From: a virus
DNA: 64,000 nucleotides
Virus record (IMG/VR): IMGVR_UViG_3300046514_000858
Location: 1-64,000 of that record
Strand: one strand, 5' to 3'
Part shown: in pieces, positions 20,043 to 29,593 of the stretch
Position numbering within the stretch: the first letter of the stretch is position 1
Layout: the number at the start of each line of letters is the position of its first letter
Notes under the pieces: generated by a model
Told to the model about the DNA's origin: nothing
The model's input: only the letters and a program-made list of their open reading frames with translations
Databases searched by the model: none
Position numbers and translations under genes: made by a program

Positions 20043-20720
20043 GTGACCGACGAACGCCAGCCCGTACAGCCCGAAGCCCTTGAGCACAAAGAGGATAAGT
20101 CTCAGGAGCAGGCGGCCACTACGAAGGGGGGTGATCAAGCCGTCCCGGTGCAAGACACTGAGGGCGAGAAGGTTGTAACCGTTCCCGTGGGGAAGAAGAA
20201 GGGCGTCAAGGGGGATGTGGCGACAGGGGGCAAGGGTACGGCGGGAGGGGAGCCACCCGGGCCCGCCGGACAGGGCGACCTCGACCAGCCCCAGCTCGAC
20301 TACACGATCCCGGAAAGCGACACCGCCAACGGCCAGTCCCGCCCGCGCGCCGTCCGGATCCGGCTCGACCAGCTCACCCTCGCCGTGCAGGCCGAGCTAC
20401 AGGCCCTGCTGGACGCCCGGCGCACCATGACGTGGCACCAGCGCGAGCTGACCCGGCTGGCCCTCAAAGAGCTCACCGAGGTGCTGGTGGCCCTGCAGGA
20501 CCAGCGCGCCGCGCACCACCTGATCGAGCGGTACATGGAGATCATCGCCAGCGACCCCGCACACGCACAGAAACTGCCCGGCATGAAGGCGTTCAAGAAG
20601 GTTGCGGGCGCGATGGCCAACGCCGAGAAGGCGAGCAAGGGCGACGGGCGCAAGCAGGCTGAGAAGGGCAAGAAGGCAGGCGAGGCGCAGCTCGACGACC
20701 TCCTCAAGGACAGCGGTTAA
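20043..20720 (+). CDS. late-class hypothetical protein, candidate terminase small subunit
   Basis: GTCCAAG motif at 19992; low-complexity N-terminus plus helical core; flanked by two long non-coding palindrome-rich tracts. Confidence 0.35.
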   Translation: MTDERQPVQPEALEHKEDKSQEQAATTKGGDQAVPVQDTEGEKVVTVPVGKKKGVKGDVATGGKGTAGGEPPGPAGQGDLDQPQLDYTIPESDTANGQSRPRAVRIRLDQLTLAVQAELQALLDARRTMTWHQRELTRLALKELTEVLVALQDQRAAHHLIERYMEIIASDPAHAQKLPGMKAFKKVAGAMANAEKASKGDGRKQAEKGKKAGEAQLDDLLKDSG

Positions 20721-21005
20721 CTCGCACGGTTCCGCTAGAAAGCGTGCGAGTTCCCACCCCAGCAGCCCACAATCCAGCAGGGAAGCGTGCGAGTTCCACC
20801 TACCCGTTCTCGCGCGCGTGCTCGTCGAGGCCCGCGGCCGTGGCATGCCGTTTGCTCCCAGCAACTCTCGTGCCACGCGGAATTTTCCGCACTGTCAAAG
20901 TGGCACTGCCATAATGGCAGGGTGGGTCATTTTGGCGCACTCGACCGGTCGCCCGGTATAGTGGTGCTCCCGAAAAATACCCACTGCATTTCTGACCTCT
21001 TTCTC

Positions 21006-21031
21006 TGAAACGCCCCACGCCCCCGGGCGTC
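21006..21031 (+). promoter_or_regulatory. Class I (early) ECF-type promoter TGWHAY-N16-CGTC, representative copy
   Basis: Exact 16-nt spacing at 13481, 21006, 21258, 21584, 22023, 22975, 23516, 25743, 26152, 27455, 29826, 30499, 30788, 33712, 34259, 36198, 42171 (+) and 33662-33687 (-); often preceded by a T-tract. Confidence 0.85.
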
Positions 21032-21300
21032 CTACTTCCGTGGGATTCAGATACGCGAATGGCTTCCGGGTGTGCGGCCGGTGCGGTTCCGGATTCGCCG
21101 GATCTCCCGTCGGTCGGTACGGTGGGAAGTGCCGGACCTGCCGCGTCATCTGCAAGCGCGAAGATCAGGCCGCCGCTGCTGCGCGCCGCGCTGCGAAGGC
21201 TGCGGGGCCCGCGTTCCCTTGCTGACGTCCCACTCTCGTGCTCTTGGCCTGATTTCCTGAAACGCCAGCGCCCCCTCGCCGTCTCATCTCTGGAGGAACG

Positions 21301-21573
21301 ATGAAGAAGACGCTGGCCGCGACCCTGCCGGATGGCCGCCTCACCTCGCGCTCGACGGCCCACGCCTACGCCTTCGTGCTGGCCGGGCAGGACACCACGG
21401 AGACCTTCGACCCCCATGTCCGGACGATCCTGCCGGGCTGGCACGCGGTCTCGTGGCACGGCTCCCGCGCCCTCGCCCAGAAGGCCCTGAACGTGAAGCT
21501 CGGCTGGGAGGCGGACTGGGCTGCCGCCGGGAATCCCACCCGCGCCCTGAAGATCGTCCCGGTGAACGCCTGA
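21301..21573 (+). CDS. hypothetical protein, paralog A1 (of 26197-26472)
   Basis: Shared TLPDG..T.RST.HAY.FVLA...WH.VSWH.S...IVPVN. Confidence 0.75.
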   Translation: MKKTLAATLPDGRLTSRSTAHAYAFVLAGQDTTETFDPHVRTILPGWHAVSWHGSRALAQKALNVKLGWEADWAAAGNPTRALKIVPVNA

Positions 21574-21647
21574 TCGCTTTTCCTGAAACGGATGGCGGGG
21601 TGGGGCGTCCTACTCTCGTGATCGGTACGTGTGGAAAGGAGACCTCG

Positions 21648-22025
21648 ATGACCGTGGCAGCACCCCCGGTGGTGACCGAATACGAAAAGATGCGGCGCGG
21701 CGGCTGCGGGCGTTACGCGCTGATGGCTCTGGGGCTCCCCTCCGGCGGCCTCGCGCTCAACGACGACGGAGGCACGACCATGTGGGCCTTGCAGCTCGAA
21801 ATCGAGCGTCTAGGAGGTAAGATTCGTCGCTACTTCCGGCCCAACCTGACTGCGCGCGCGTTCGCCCGCCGTGAACAGTCCAGCAACAACATCTACCTCG
21901 TGATGGTGAAGAACCACGTCATGGCCCTGAAGCAGGGGCATCTGTTCAACTGCCTAGGGTTCGGAGAGGCGCAGATCCTCTGTGTGTGCCACGTCGAAAT
22001 CCCTCCAGAAATCGTGATCGCCTGA
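21648..22025 (+). CDS. papain-fold (C39-like) Cys peptidase-like protein, paralog B1
   Basis: GGCG..AL...HVMAL..G.L.N (candidate C-H-N triad); AAGGAG RBS. Confidence 0.55.
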   Translation: MTVAAPPVVTEYEKMRRGGCGRYALMALGLPSGGLALNDDGGTTMWALQLEIERLGGKIRRYFRPNLTARAFARREQSSNNIYLVMVKNHVMALKQGHLFNCLGFGEAQILCVCHVEIPPEIVIA

Positions 22026-22262
22026 CACAACGGGCAGTGGTGGGCGTCTTACTCTCGTGATGACTGTGAAGGAGACCGGCATGGAGAAGGTGCTCTTCGG
22101 AGTGAAGGTGGGTGATGAGGCGTGGAAGGAAACCGTCCTCTGCACTCAGCCCGCCCGGTTCGCCGAGGTGAAGAAGCTCGCCGCGAAGGATGGCTGGGGT
22201 CGCTTCCGGATCGCCACCATCGATCTGTCCGTTCCTCCTGATTTCTCGAAAGGGGTGAAGGC

Positions 22263-22595
22263 ATGACTCTCCCGCTCGACGCGCTCGACCAGTGGCCGGT
22301 CGACCAGTACCTCGAACACCTGCAGTCCCTGCCCGACTCGGTCGGCGAGATCGACCGCGAGTCGGCGCGCGAACGCGGCTCCCGCCAGCCGCACATCTGC
22401 TGGATCTCGTCCGACCGCGACGCGTGGTACCGGAACCCGTACTATCAGGGCCCGGACCAGCCCCATCCCGACGACCAGTGGTACGACGAGACCCCGCTCC
22501 CGCCCTCGAAGCCCGATCCGCTCGGTGACATCTTCCCGCCCATCGACCCGGCACCGCCCTTTGTGAACGGACAGGATTTCGACATGCCCTTTTGA
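22263..22595 (+). CDS. acidic Pro-rich hypothetical protein
   Basis: WI.SDRD.W..NPYY.GP.QPHP. Confidence 0.55.
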   Translation: MTLPLDALDQWPVDQYLEHLQSLPDSVGEIDRESARERGSRQPHICWISSDRDAWYRNPYYQGPDQPHPDDQWYDETPLPPSKPDPLGDIFPPIDPAPPFVNGQDFDMPF

Positions 22596-22604
22596 GGTTC
22601 CTCT

Positions 22605-22994
22605 ATGAAGCCTGAAACTCTGATGCCCGGGATGTACGTCATCACCAAGACGCTCGTCAATCCGAAGCCCGACAGGCGCAAGACCTGCAACTTCGGTGCG
22701 CAGATCGAATGGAAGAAGGGCACGCGCGTTGCGGTGGCGGCGGGGCTGTTCGACTCGCTCGACATCTTCCCGCCCGGGACCTACTCGTTCAATGGGGTCA
22801 CGGGGCGGCGGGGCTGCGACCGGAACCACCCGGGATGGCTCGCCGTGATCGAGGCGCTGGAGCCGGTTGAAATCACGGATGAGGAGTGGCTGAAGCTCAA
22901 CTGCTCGACGCCGCACCACACGCTCGTCAGGCTGATGAAGGCCGGGAAGCTCTCGCGCGCCGACATCGAATCCGTGAAACGGAAGACCGACTGA
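22605..22994 (+). CDS. hypothetical protein
   Basis: ORF integrity, codon usage. Confidence 0.55.
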   Translation: MKPETLMPGMYVITKTLVNPKPDRRKTCNFGAQIEWKKGTRVAVAAGLFDSLDIFPPGTYSFNGVTGRRGCDRNHPGWLAVIEALEPVEITDEEWLKLNCSTPHHTLVRLMKAGKLSRADIESVKRKTD

Positions 22995-23006
22995 GTCGTC
23001 TCATCT

Positions 23007-23510
23007 GTGGAGGTGATGATGATCGAAACCTGCTGGGACCGGAAGCTCGGGTCGGAGAAGTGCTGCGGGGCGTCCATGCGCGGCGACCACTGGTGCGAGA
23101 TGATGTCGCTCGCGCGCGCCAACGAGGCGCTCGTGGGGCTCTCCCCTCTCGACTCCCCCGGGACCGACGCCTATTTCGCCGCGGTCATGGCGGCCCACCG
23201 CCGCGATGCTGCCGCCCTCGGCACGCCCCCTGTGCCCGCCTCCAAGGCCCCCAAGCCCCGCGCCCTCAAGCTCTCCGCCGGGAAGGTCTTCTCGGGCCAA
23301 GCCTGCTTGAAGTGCGACCGGGCCATCCTGCCCGGAGAGTCCCTGTTCGCCGTCCCGGATTGGCCCGCGGTGGTGTGCGCCGCCTGCCAGCCCCACTGTG
23401 AGCACGACCGGTCGGCCGTGAAGGTGGTCGCGCTGGATGAGTGGTCCCCGCCGACGGGGAAGTGGGCGTATCGGTCCCCGCCGGTTCTCGTGCCGGTTCT
23501 GGCGGTCTGA
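23007..23510 (+). CDS. Cys-rich hypothetical protein
   Basis: Class I promoter; GGAGG RBS suggests the true start is near 23016. Confidence 0.55.
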   Translation: MEVMMIETCWDRKLGSEKCCGASMRGDHWCEMMSLARANEALVGLSPLDSPGTDAYFAAVMAAHRRDAAALGTPPVPASKAPKPRALKLSAGKVFSGQACLKCDRAILPGESLFAVPDWPAVVCAACQPHCEHDRSAVKVVALDEWSPPTGKWAYRSPPVLVPVLAV

Positions 23511-23745
23511 TTTCCTGAAACGCCAGTGTCTCTTCGACGTCTCATCTCTGGAGGTGATCCGATGACCTGCGAAGACCCCGCCTGTGGCGCGCCCCTGACC
23601 GCCGACCTGCAGTGCTCGAAGTGTGGCGTTTCCCACACGCATCCCGGTTGTCCGGAGTGTGGTCGGACCGGCTTTCACAAGGATGATTGCTCTCTGATCG
23701 GAGAGTACGTCGGATAACTCCTGTGGCCGGACGTTCTTGTATGTC

Positions 23746-23998
23746 GTGCAGCGTCTCGGCCTTTTGCGTTATCCCGGCGGCAAGGGCAAACTCTGGTCAC
23801 AACTCTCCGGGCCTCTGCAGCACATCATCGACCACGAGAAGCCGACGACTTACTGGGAGCCATTCTTTGGCGGTGGGTCTGTGGGCCTCTCGCTCATGAG
23901 TAGCGGCGCACAGTTCGCCGACTGGTATTTCAACGACAAGGACGACGCGCTCATCAAGCTCTGGACTGCCGTGCGCGACGAGCCCGCGAGGCTCTCTC
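23746..23998 (+). pseudogene. truncated Dam-family DNA adenine methyltransferase (N-terminus only)
   Basis: LRYPGGK...YWEPFFGGGSV...NDKD..LI.LW, then similarity stops; no DPPY motif. Confidence 0.75.
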
Positions 23999-24078
23999 GA
24001 AGTCGCCCGGGCCACTCCGGAGGAGGCGGCCAGTCTCTCGTACGCCTACGCCGACGCGATGATGATGGAGCGCCGCAA

Positions 24079-24528
24079 GTGAACATCGACGACATGCCCG
24101 CCGGGCCCGAGATGGACGCGCTCGTCGCCGAGAAGGTGTTCTGTGTGAAGCGAGCTGAGCACCCAGAGCATCTCTGGTATCTCCACAAGGACGGCACGCG
24201 TGACGACTGTGCGATGGACAACGACTTTCACAGTGGTCCCTGCTGTCAACGCTGCGGATACTCCTTCTGTCTGAGTTGCAAAAACGAAGGTCGCGAAAGA
24301 GGCGGGCTGCCCTGCATAGATGACGCCCTGCCATCGTACTCTACCACCTTCGCAGCCGCAGGGAAGGTACTGGAAAAATTCAAGTGGTTCACTCTGACCT
24401 CCTTCCCGAGTGGATGCCCCGAGGTCACCCGCTACGACTGCGGTCTGGCGGTGCCGAACGTGTACGGCCACGGGGAGACGATGCCGCTCGCGATCTGCCG
24501 TGCAGCTCTGAAGGTGGCAGGTCTATGA
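24079..24528 (+). CDS. phage ABA-sandwich-like domain protein
   Basis: AGPEMDALVAEKV...PSYSTT..AA..V.E...T.PLAICRAAL. Confidence 0.7.
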   Translation: MNIDDMPAGPEMDALVAEKVFCVKRAEHPEHLWYLHKDGTRDDCAMDNDFHSGPCCQRCGYSFCLSCKNEGRERGGLPCIDDALPSYSTTFAAAGKVLEKFKWFTLTSFPSGCPEVTRYDCGLAVPNVYGHGETMPLAICRAALKVAGL

Positions 24529-24989
24529 AGACCTCCAAGCTGAAGATCACGAAGCTCGGCGCGAGCCCGGAGCTGGACTACCTGATCGCCATCAAGATCA
24601 TGAAATTCCAGCCCCATCAGTGGCACAAGGGCGGCTCATGTCCGAGCGACGCCAAAATCATCAACCCCAACGATGCGTGGAGTGCTCGCGGCGAAGGCGG
24701 AACCTATCCCTACATTCTGTCCGGCAGCAACACCATGTTCCGCGTTCCGCACGCGTTCGGATTGACGTGGGCACCGAGCAAACTGATCGAGCAGGCGTGG
24801 GAGATCGTCGAACTCTTTCGCACCAAGAAGACATTGAAGTTCCGCGTTCAGGACATGGGCACGTTCTGGCGCGCCGCCCTTCGCGGTGAGCCGACGCCGT
24901 TCTACAACGACCGCGAGAAGTATTACGCTACCGGCGAGACTGCGGCCGAGGCCATCTGTCGCTGTGCCATGAAGACGGTGCAGCAGTGA
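24525..24989 (+). CDS. second phage ABA-sandwich-like domain protein
   Basis: ELDYLIA.KIM...PS..IEQAW.IVE...TAAEAICRCA. Confidence 0.7.
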   Translation: MKTSKLKITKLGASPELDYLIAIKIMKFQPHQWHKGGSCPSDAKIINPNDAWSARGEGGTYPYILSGSNTMFRVPHAFGLTWAPSKLIEQAWEIVELFRTKKTLKFRVQDMGTFWRAALRGEPTPFYNDREKYYATGETAAEAICRCAMKTVQQ

Positions 24990-25189
24990 AGACCACCTTC
25001 GCTCTCTTCCTGCTTCTCCTCTGCGGCTGCTCGGTGATCCCGCAGGACTTCACCAACGAGCTGAAGCGTCTGAACGACAATCTCGAAGCCTACAAGGCCG
25101 ACGTTCACCAGTTCGCGGCGACCGCCAAGAAGATCGAGGAGCACATCAAGTGGATCCGTCGGGAGTATCTGGAGAAGAAGGACGAGTGA
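24986..25189 (+). CDS. small lipoprotein
   Basis: MKTTFALFLLLLCGC lipobox-like signal. Confidence 0.6.
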   Translation: MKTTFALFLLLLCGCSVIPQDFTNELKRLNDNLEAYKADVHQFAATAKKIEEHIKWIRREYLEKKDE

Positions 25190-25776
25190 CCTCAGACGAG
25201 AAGGTCGGCGTCTTGACCGCGGCGCTGGAAACGATTCGCGAGGCCACGTTCGCCGAGTTCCAACTCGAATCCGACCCGCGGTTCGGGTTCCGCGCGCGTC
25301 GCGACGCCTGCCCCCTCTGCCGCCGCGCCAGCACGGCGCAGCACCTCGCGCAGAAGTGGGCTCTGATCCAGTCGGCCGCGGCCGATGCGCTGAGGAGTGT
25401 GGGCGAATGATCGATCTTCTCGACCGCACTGTGACGTGGCTGGAAGCCCATCCCGTTATGACCATAGTGGCTCTGCTTGTCTTCATCGCCGTGGTGATGA
25501 GCCTTCTTTCGGGCTGTGATAATTAGTATGCGCCGCTTCTCCAGCATCTCCGAGACACGCTTCCGCCGACGCCTTCTCACGGCTCTGCAGGATCGTCGTC
25601 TCCGAGCCCAGATCGCGCTGGACATCGCCCGAGGGATCGACGAGTACATCCTCTACGGCGGCCTGACCTTCCCGGAGTTCCAAGCCTTCCACGCGGCCAA
25701 CCGGGCATGGAAGAATCGCTGGTATACGACCCGCTGATTTCCTGAAACGCGGCATACCCTTGGGCGTCTCAGGTAC

Positions 25777-26154
25777 GTGCCCGTGATGAACGCGCCCGCC
25801 CGCCCGGCCCCCGTGACCGAGGCCCAGAAGATGGCCCGGGGCGGTTGCGGTCGGCTCGCCCTGATGCACCTCGGCTTCCTTCCGGATGATCTCGCCCTGA
25901 ACGACGGCGGCGGGGCTCAGGTGGGTGCCATTGTGGCAGAGATCGAGCGGCAGGGCGGTGTGGTGGATGGTCCCTTCTGCCCGGAGCCGGTGACGGCCCG
26001 GGACTTCGCCAAGAAGATGGGCCCCCTCGGGGAGTTCCTCGTGATCACGCCGGGCCATGTGATGGCCCTGTCCGGCGGTCGCCTCCTGAACCAGTCCGGT
26101 TGCGGGAATGACCGGGTGGCCGCGGTGTTCTGGCTGAAGGAACGGATTTCCTGA
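25777..26154 (+). CDS. papain-fold Cys peptidase-like protein, paralog B2
   Basis: KM.RGGCGR.ALM.LG...LALND.GG...HVMAL..G.L.N shared with B1. Confidence 0.6.
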   Translation: MPVMNAPARPAPVTEAQKMARGGCGRLALMHLGFLPDDLALNDGGGAQVGAIVAEIERQGGVVDGPFCPEPVTARDFAKKMGPLGEFLVITPGHVMALSGGRLLNQSGCGNDRVAAVFWLKERIS

Positions 26155-26196
26155 AACGACCGGCCCCCTCGGGCGTCTCATCTGTGGAGGAAAGAG

Positions 26197-26472
26197 ATGA
26201 TGAAACTGACCGTGACCCTTCCGGACGGTGTCCTCGCGACCCGCTCCACGGAACACGCCTACGAGTTCGTGCTGGCGGCCTTCGGGAAGGTCTGGGACAA
26301 GAAGACCTCGGCATGGGCCCCGACCCCCATCTGGCACGAGGTCTCGTGGCACCACTCTCTCCCCGCCGCGGAGAAGGCCCGCGCCCACAAACTCTCGGTC
26401 GCCGCGCGCCGGGGCTACGACACGAAGACTTTCCAGATCGTCCCTGTGAATCCCACGGAGGTGAAGGCGTGA
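26197..26472 (+). CDS. hypothetical protein, paralog A2
   Basis: See A1; has its own Class I promoter at 26152. Confidence 0.75.
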   Translation: MMKLTVTLPDGVLATRSTEHAYEFVLAAFGKVWDKKTSAWAPTPIWHEVSWHHSLPAAEKARAHKLSVAARRGYDTKTFQIVPVNPTEVKA

Positions 26473-28201
26473 TCCGCTTCTTCGAGGCCAACTGGATCCC
26501 GGTGCTGTGCCTTCTGGCGTTCGCCGTGGTCCTGCTCTACACGGAATTCCGTCCACACAAGAATTGACGAACCGTCAGTTACATTTCATTTCGCGCCCGA
26601 TTTCCCAAGAGACCATGCGTTCCTGAAAGTATGACCCGTGCCGACCGTACGCTCTGGATAGAGGCCGTGAAGGTGGTCGCCACGCGCGCGCGTACGCCCA
26701 AGCGCGCGAGATTCTTCTGGGACTGGCGCGCCGCGATTCGCTTCCGCCGTAAGCCTATGCCGGATCGATATCTCGCTTCGTTCTGTTGCGGCGGTTTCGG
26801 CTGTGTGCATAGGGGTCAAATGTGAAGCATCTCAAATCGTTCGGCGTGACCGTCTACAACGCCGCCATCTTCGCGACGACGTGGTTCTTTGTGGCGAAGT
26901 TCTGGATGTGGGTTCTCTCATAATCTCGGAGGCATCATGGAAGAGTTCGGAAAGTTCATGGTCTTCGTTCTGGCGTTCGCAGCCATCGTCACTATGTTCG
27001 TGCAGGCTTGCGGCCGGGCCGAGTACCGCCGGTACCTGCACGCGAAGGGCCTGACGGATGATTTCCTGAAGTGGCAGACAGACGACGCAATGGATCCGAG
27101 GGTCTGATGGCCGACTTCTGCCAGACCTGTGATCCCCTGCTGGGCGGCCTCGCCCACATCGCCCCTCCCCACGGCGTGGCGTGGGTGGTATGCGAGTGCT
27201 GCGGCCCCACGTACGTGAACTATGCAGGCGACTGTGTCTGGCGTGGCTGCGTCTGCTCGCACGACTTCTGCATCCACTCCGGCCCCATGAACGGCCACCA
27301 CGACCGGCAACTGATCATCTCCTCCCACTTCACGATCCTCCCCCGGCGGCTGGCCGACGGCGGGTGGTCGTGGTGGAGCTGGACCGTCAAGGTCTGGACG
27401 CCCTCCCGCACCCGCTACTACAGCGACGCCATCCATACCTAAAATCGCTTTTTCTGTTACGCCCGCCGGGGTGGGGCGTCTCAGATACGTGATGATTGCG
27501 TGTGGAAAGGAGACCTGCGTGAAGAAGGTGTGGGTTCTGGTGCTGTCCGGTCCGGCGGGAAAGAGCGAGTTCTACGCCGACCCGAACAAGAAGACGGTCG
27601 CGAAGATGTGGAAGAAGCTCGCCCCCAGCGCCAAGAAGGTGACGGCGGAGATCGTGAAGAAGGTTGCGTGAAGGAGATGAAAGCCATGAAATGCGCTCCA
27701 GTCCTTGAGGGTGACGCCCTCGACACTCTGCTGGAGGCCGTCCACTGCGCCGTGATCGACGGCAAGGGCGGCGTGTCCGCGAAGAAACTGAAGAAGTTCC
27801 TCTACCGCGCGTCGTTCGCGACGGTTCTTGATCTGGAGAAGGTCGCGAAGAGCATGCAGTTCTACTCCCTGTCCGTCGCGCTGGGCGCGCTGGCCAAGGA
27901 GCTGGTGGATCAGGCGGCCTTTGAGATGAAGGTGGTGACCCAGTGAACGCTTGGAAGAAGATCCACGCCGCGATGGTAGCCAACGAGCGCACGATGTTCT
28001 CGGCGGTGCGCGCCGCGAACAAGCAGGGCAAGCGCTTCAGCACCTGCAACGGCCTCTGGGGCAACTGGGCGAGCAAGGCCATCGACCGACTCGTGGAGAA
28101 GGGCCGGATCAAGTATCTCCCGTTCGTCTCGCGCCAGAACGCCCGCTCGACAAACGGCGGGTACATCGTGTCCGGAATGAAACTTCGGTAAGGAGGACGG
28201 C

Positions 28202-28831
28202 GTGGTGGATTTCAAAGCGAAGATGCAGGCAGAGCAGGACGAGAGACTCGCAAAGGCGAATCTGGTGGTCAAGGACTACCTCGCCGAGGTCGTGCGATTC
28301 ACCTCGGAGATCGGGCTGAAGATCTTCGTTCGCGAGCAGAGCAGTGCTCGCACGGTCTACATCAAGGACGAGATCGGGAATCCCGGTTACGACGAGTATT
28401 ACATCATCATCGAACCGGATTGGGCTGGATATGCCCATTACGGCCCAACCGGCGAGGTCAAGGTCAAGACGACCGAACCCAAGCCCGGCCGTGCGTATCG
28501 TCGGAAGACCGTGTCCCGCGATGCGATGAAGAACGGCGAGCTGAACACGGTCGAACTCTTCAAGTGGCTCAAGCGCCTCGTCGAGCTCCGCGACCATCGC
28601 GTGAAGTACCTCGCCGAGCGCAAGGTGGCAGCCAAGGCCGAGGCCGAGCTGCAGAAGGAATCCGAACGCATCCAGCAGGAACAGATCGGAGAAGTTCCCG
28701 CGGGCATGCGCGTCCTTCGTCAGGCATCTGGCGAGCACGCGGGCATGTACGTCGTCGAGTTTAACGTCGACGGCAACCGCTGGCTCAAGCCCGAGCAGGT
28801 CCGGGACATCATCAAGATCCTGAAGAGCTAA
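28202..28831 (+). CDS. hypothetical protein
   Basis: AAGGAGG RBS, 209 aa. Confidence 0.65.
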   Translation: MVDFKAKMQAEQDERLAKANLVVKDYLAEVVRFTSEIGLKIFVREQSSARTVYIKDEIGNPGYDEYYIIIEPDWAGYAHYGPTGEVKVKTTEPKPGRAYRRKTVSRDAMKNGELNTVELFKWLKRLVELRDHRVKYLAERKVAAKAEAELQKESERIQQEQIGEVPAGMRVLRQASGEHAGMYVVEFNVDGNRWLKPEQVRDIIKILKS

Positions 28832-28862
28832 CGATTTCTCAGGAACGAGAGCGTTCCTAATT

Positions 28863-28925
28863 ATTCCACCTCCTTCTCTCCTCTGCCCGGACCCCGCGCC
28901 GCCGAAAGGTTACGCGGGGTTTTTT
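28863..28925 (+). ncRNA. candidate anti-Shine-Dalgarno small RNA
   Basis: Perfect ATTTC-N13-CGTTCCT promoter, no ORF, CACCTCCTT at 28867-28875, intrinsic terminator at 28891-28925. Confidence 0.45.
28891..28925 (+). terminator. intrinsic terminator
   Basis: ACCCCGCG...CGCGGGGT stem plus T-run. Confidence 0.8.
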
Positions 28926-28972
28926 ATTTCCCATGCGCGTGCGCGTTCCTGTAGGTGTAGGAGAAAATCATT

Positions 28973-29590
28973 ATGAGCCAGTGGTTGATCGCAGGCAAGA
29001 CCAAGTTCGGTGTCTATGAGGCCATGGACATCATGAAGGCCGAGCCCGCCGAGTGCGATGACGAGGGCCGGGACCGCTGGATCGAGTTCCTCAAGAAGGA
29101 AGGGCGCTGGAACGACGAAGTCTGCGGCGCGCGGCCCATCGCCTCGGTCAACGTCGACGGCGGCGGCATGATGATGATCGGCGAGCCCGATGTCGCGTGG
29201 GAAGCCAACGGCTGCAAGTTCGAGACGCCCATGCGGCAGGTCCGCGATCTGCTGGAGCTGTTCAAGCGCCGCATCTTGAAGCCAGTCGAGGCGTTCCCGA
29301 GCTGCGGCGGCTTCGGCGGCTTCCATCGGAAGTACTTCTTCGCCCTGAAGACCATGCAGGACTCGATCCCGCTCCTCGAAAAGCTGGCCGACGAGTCGGA
29401 CAAGAAAGTCGAGGAGATCGAGAAGAAGCTGCAGGCCGCGCTGAACGCCTGTCCCAACGCGGTGAGCGTCCGGCCCTGCTCCTGTGCCTCCGGCCGCCAG
29501 TACGGCGACTGCTGCGGCAAGGCCGTGGAGTCGGCCGAGCACAAGGAGATGCGCCGGGGCATCAACGCGGGGGAGATTCAGAAGAACTAG
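28973..29590 (+). CDS. SEC-C motif protein
   Basis: PCSCASGRQYGDCCG near the C-terminus. Confidence 0.65.
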   Translation: MSQWLIAGKTKFGVYEAMDIMKAEPAECDDEGRDRWIEFLKKEGRWNDEVCGARPIASVNVDGGGMMMIGEPDVAWEANGCKFETPMRQVRDLLELFKRRILKPVEAFPSCGGFGGFHRKYFFALKTMQDSIPLLEKLADESDKKVEEIEKKLQAALNACPNAVSVRPCSCASGRQYGDCCGKAVESAEHKEMRRGINAGEIQKN

Positions 29591-29593
29591 GAG

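Noticed and set aside
23737-24528. 263-aa ORF as a functional DNA methyltransferase
   Set aside because: Lacks the DPPY catalytic motif; explained as a chimeric deletion product
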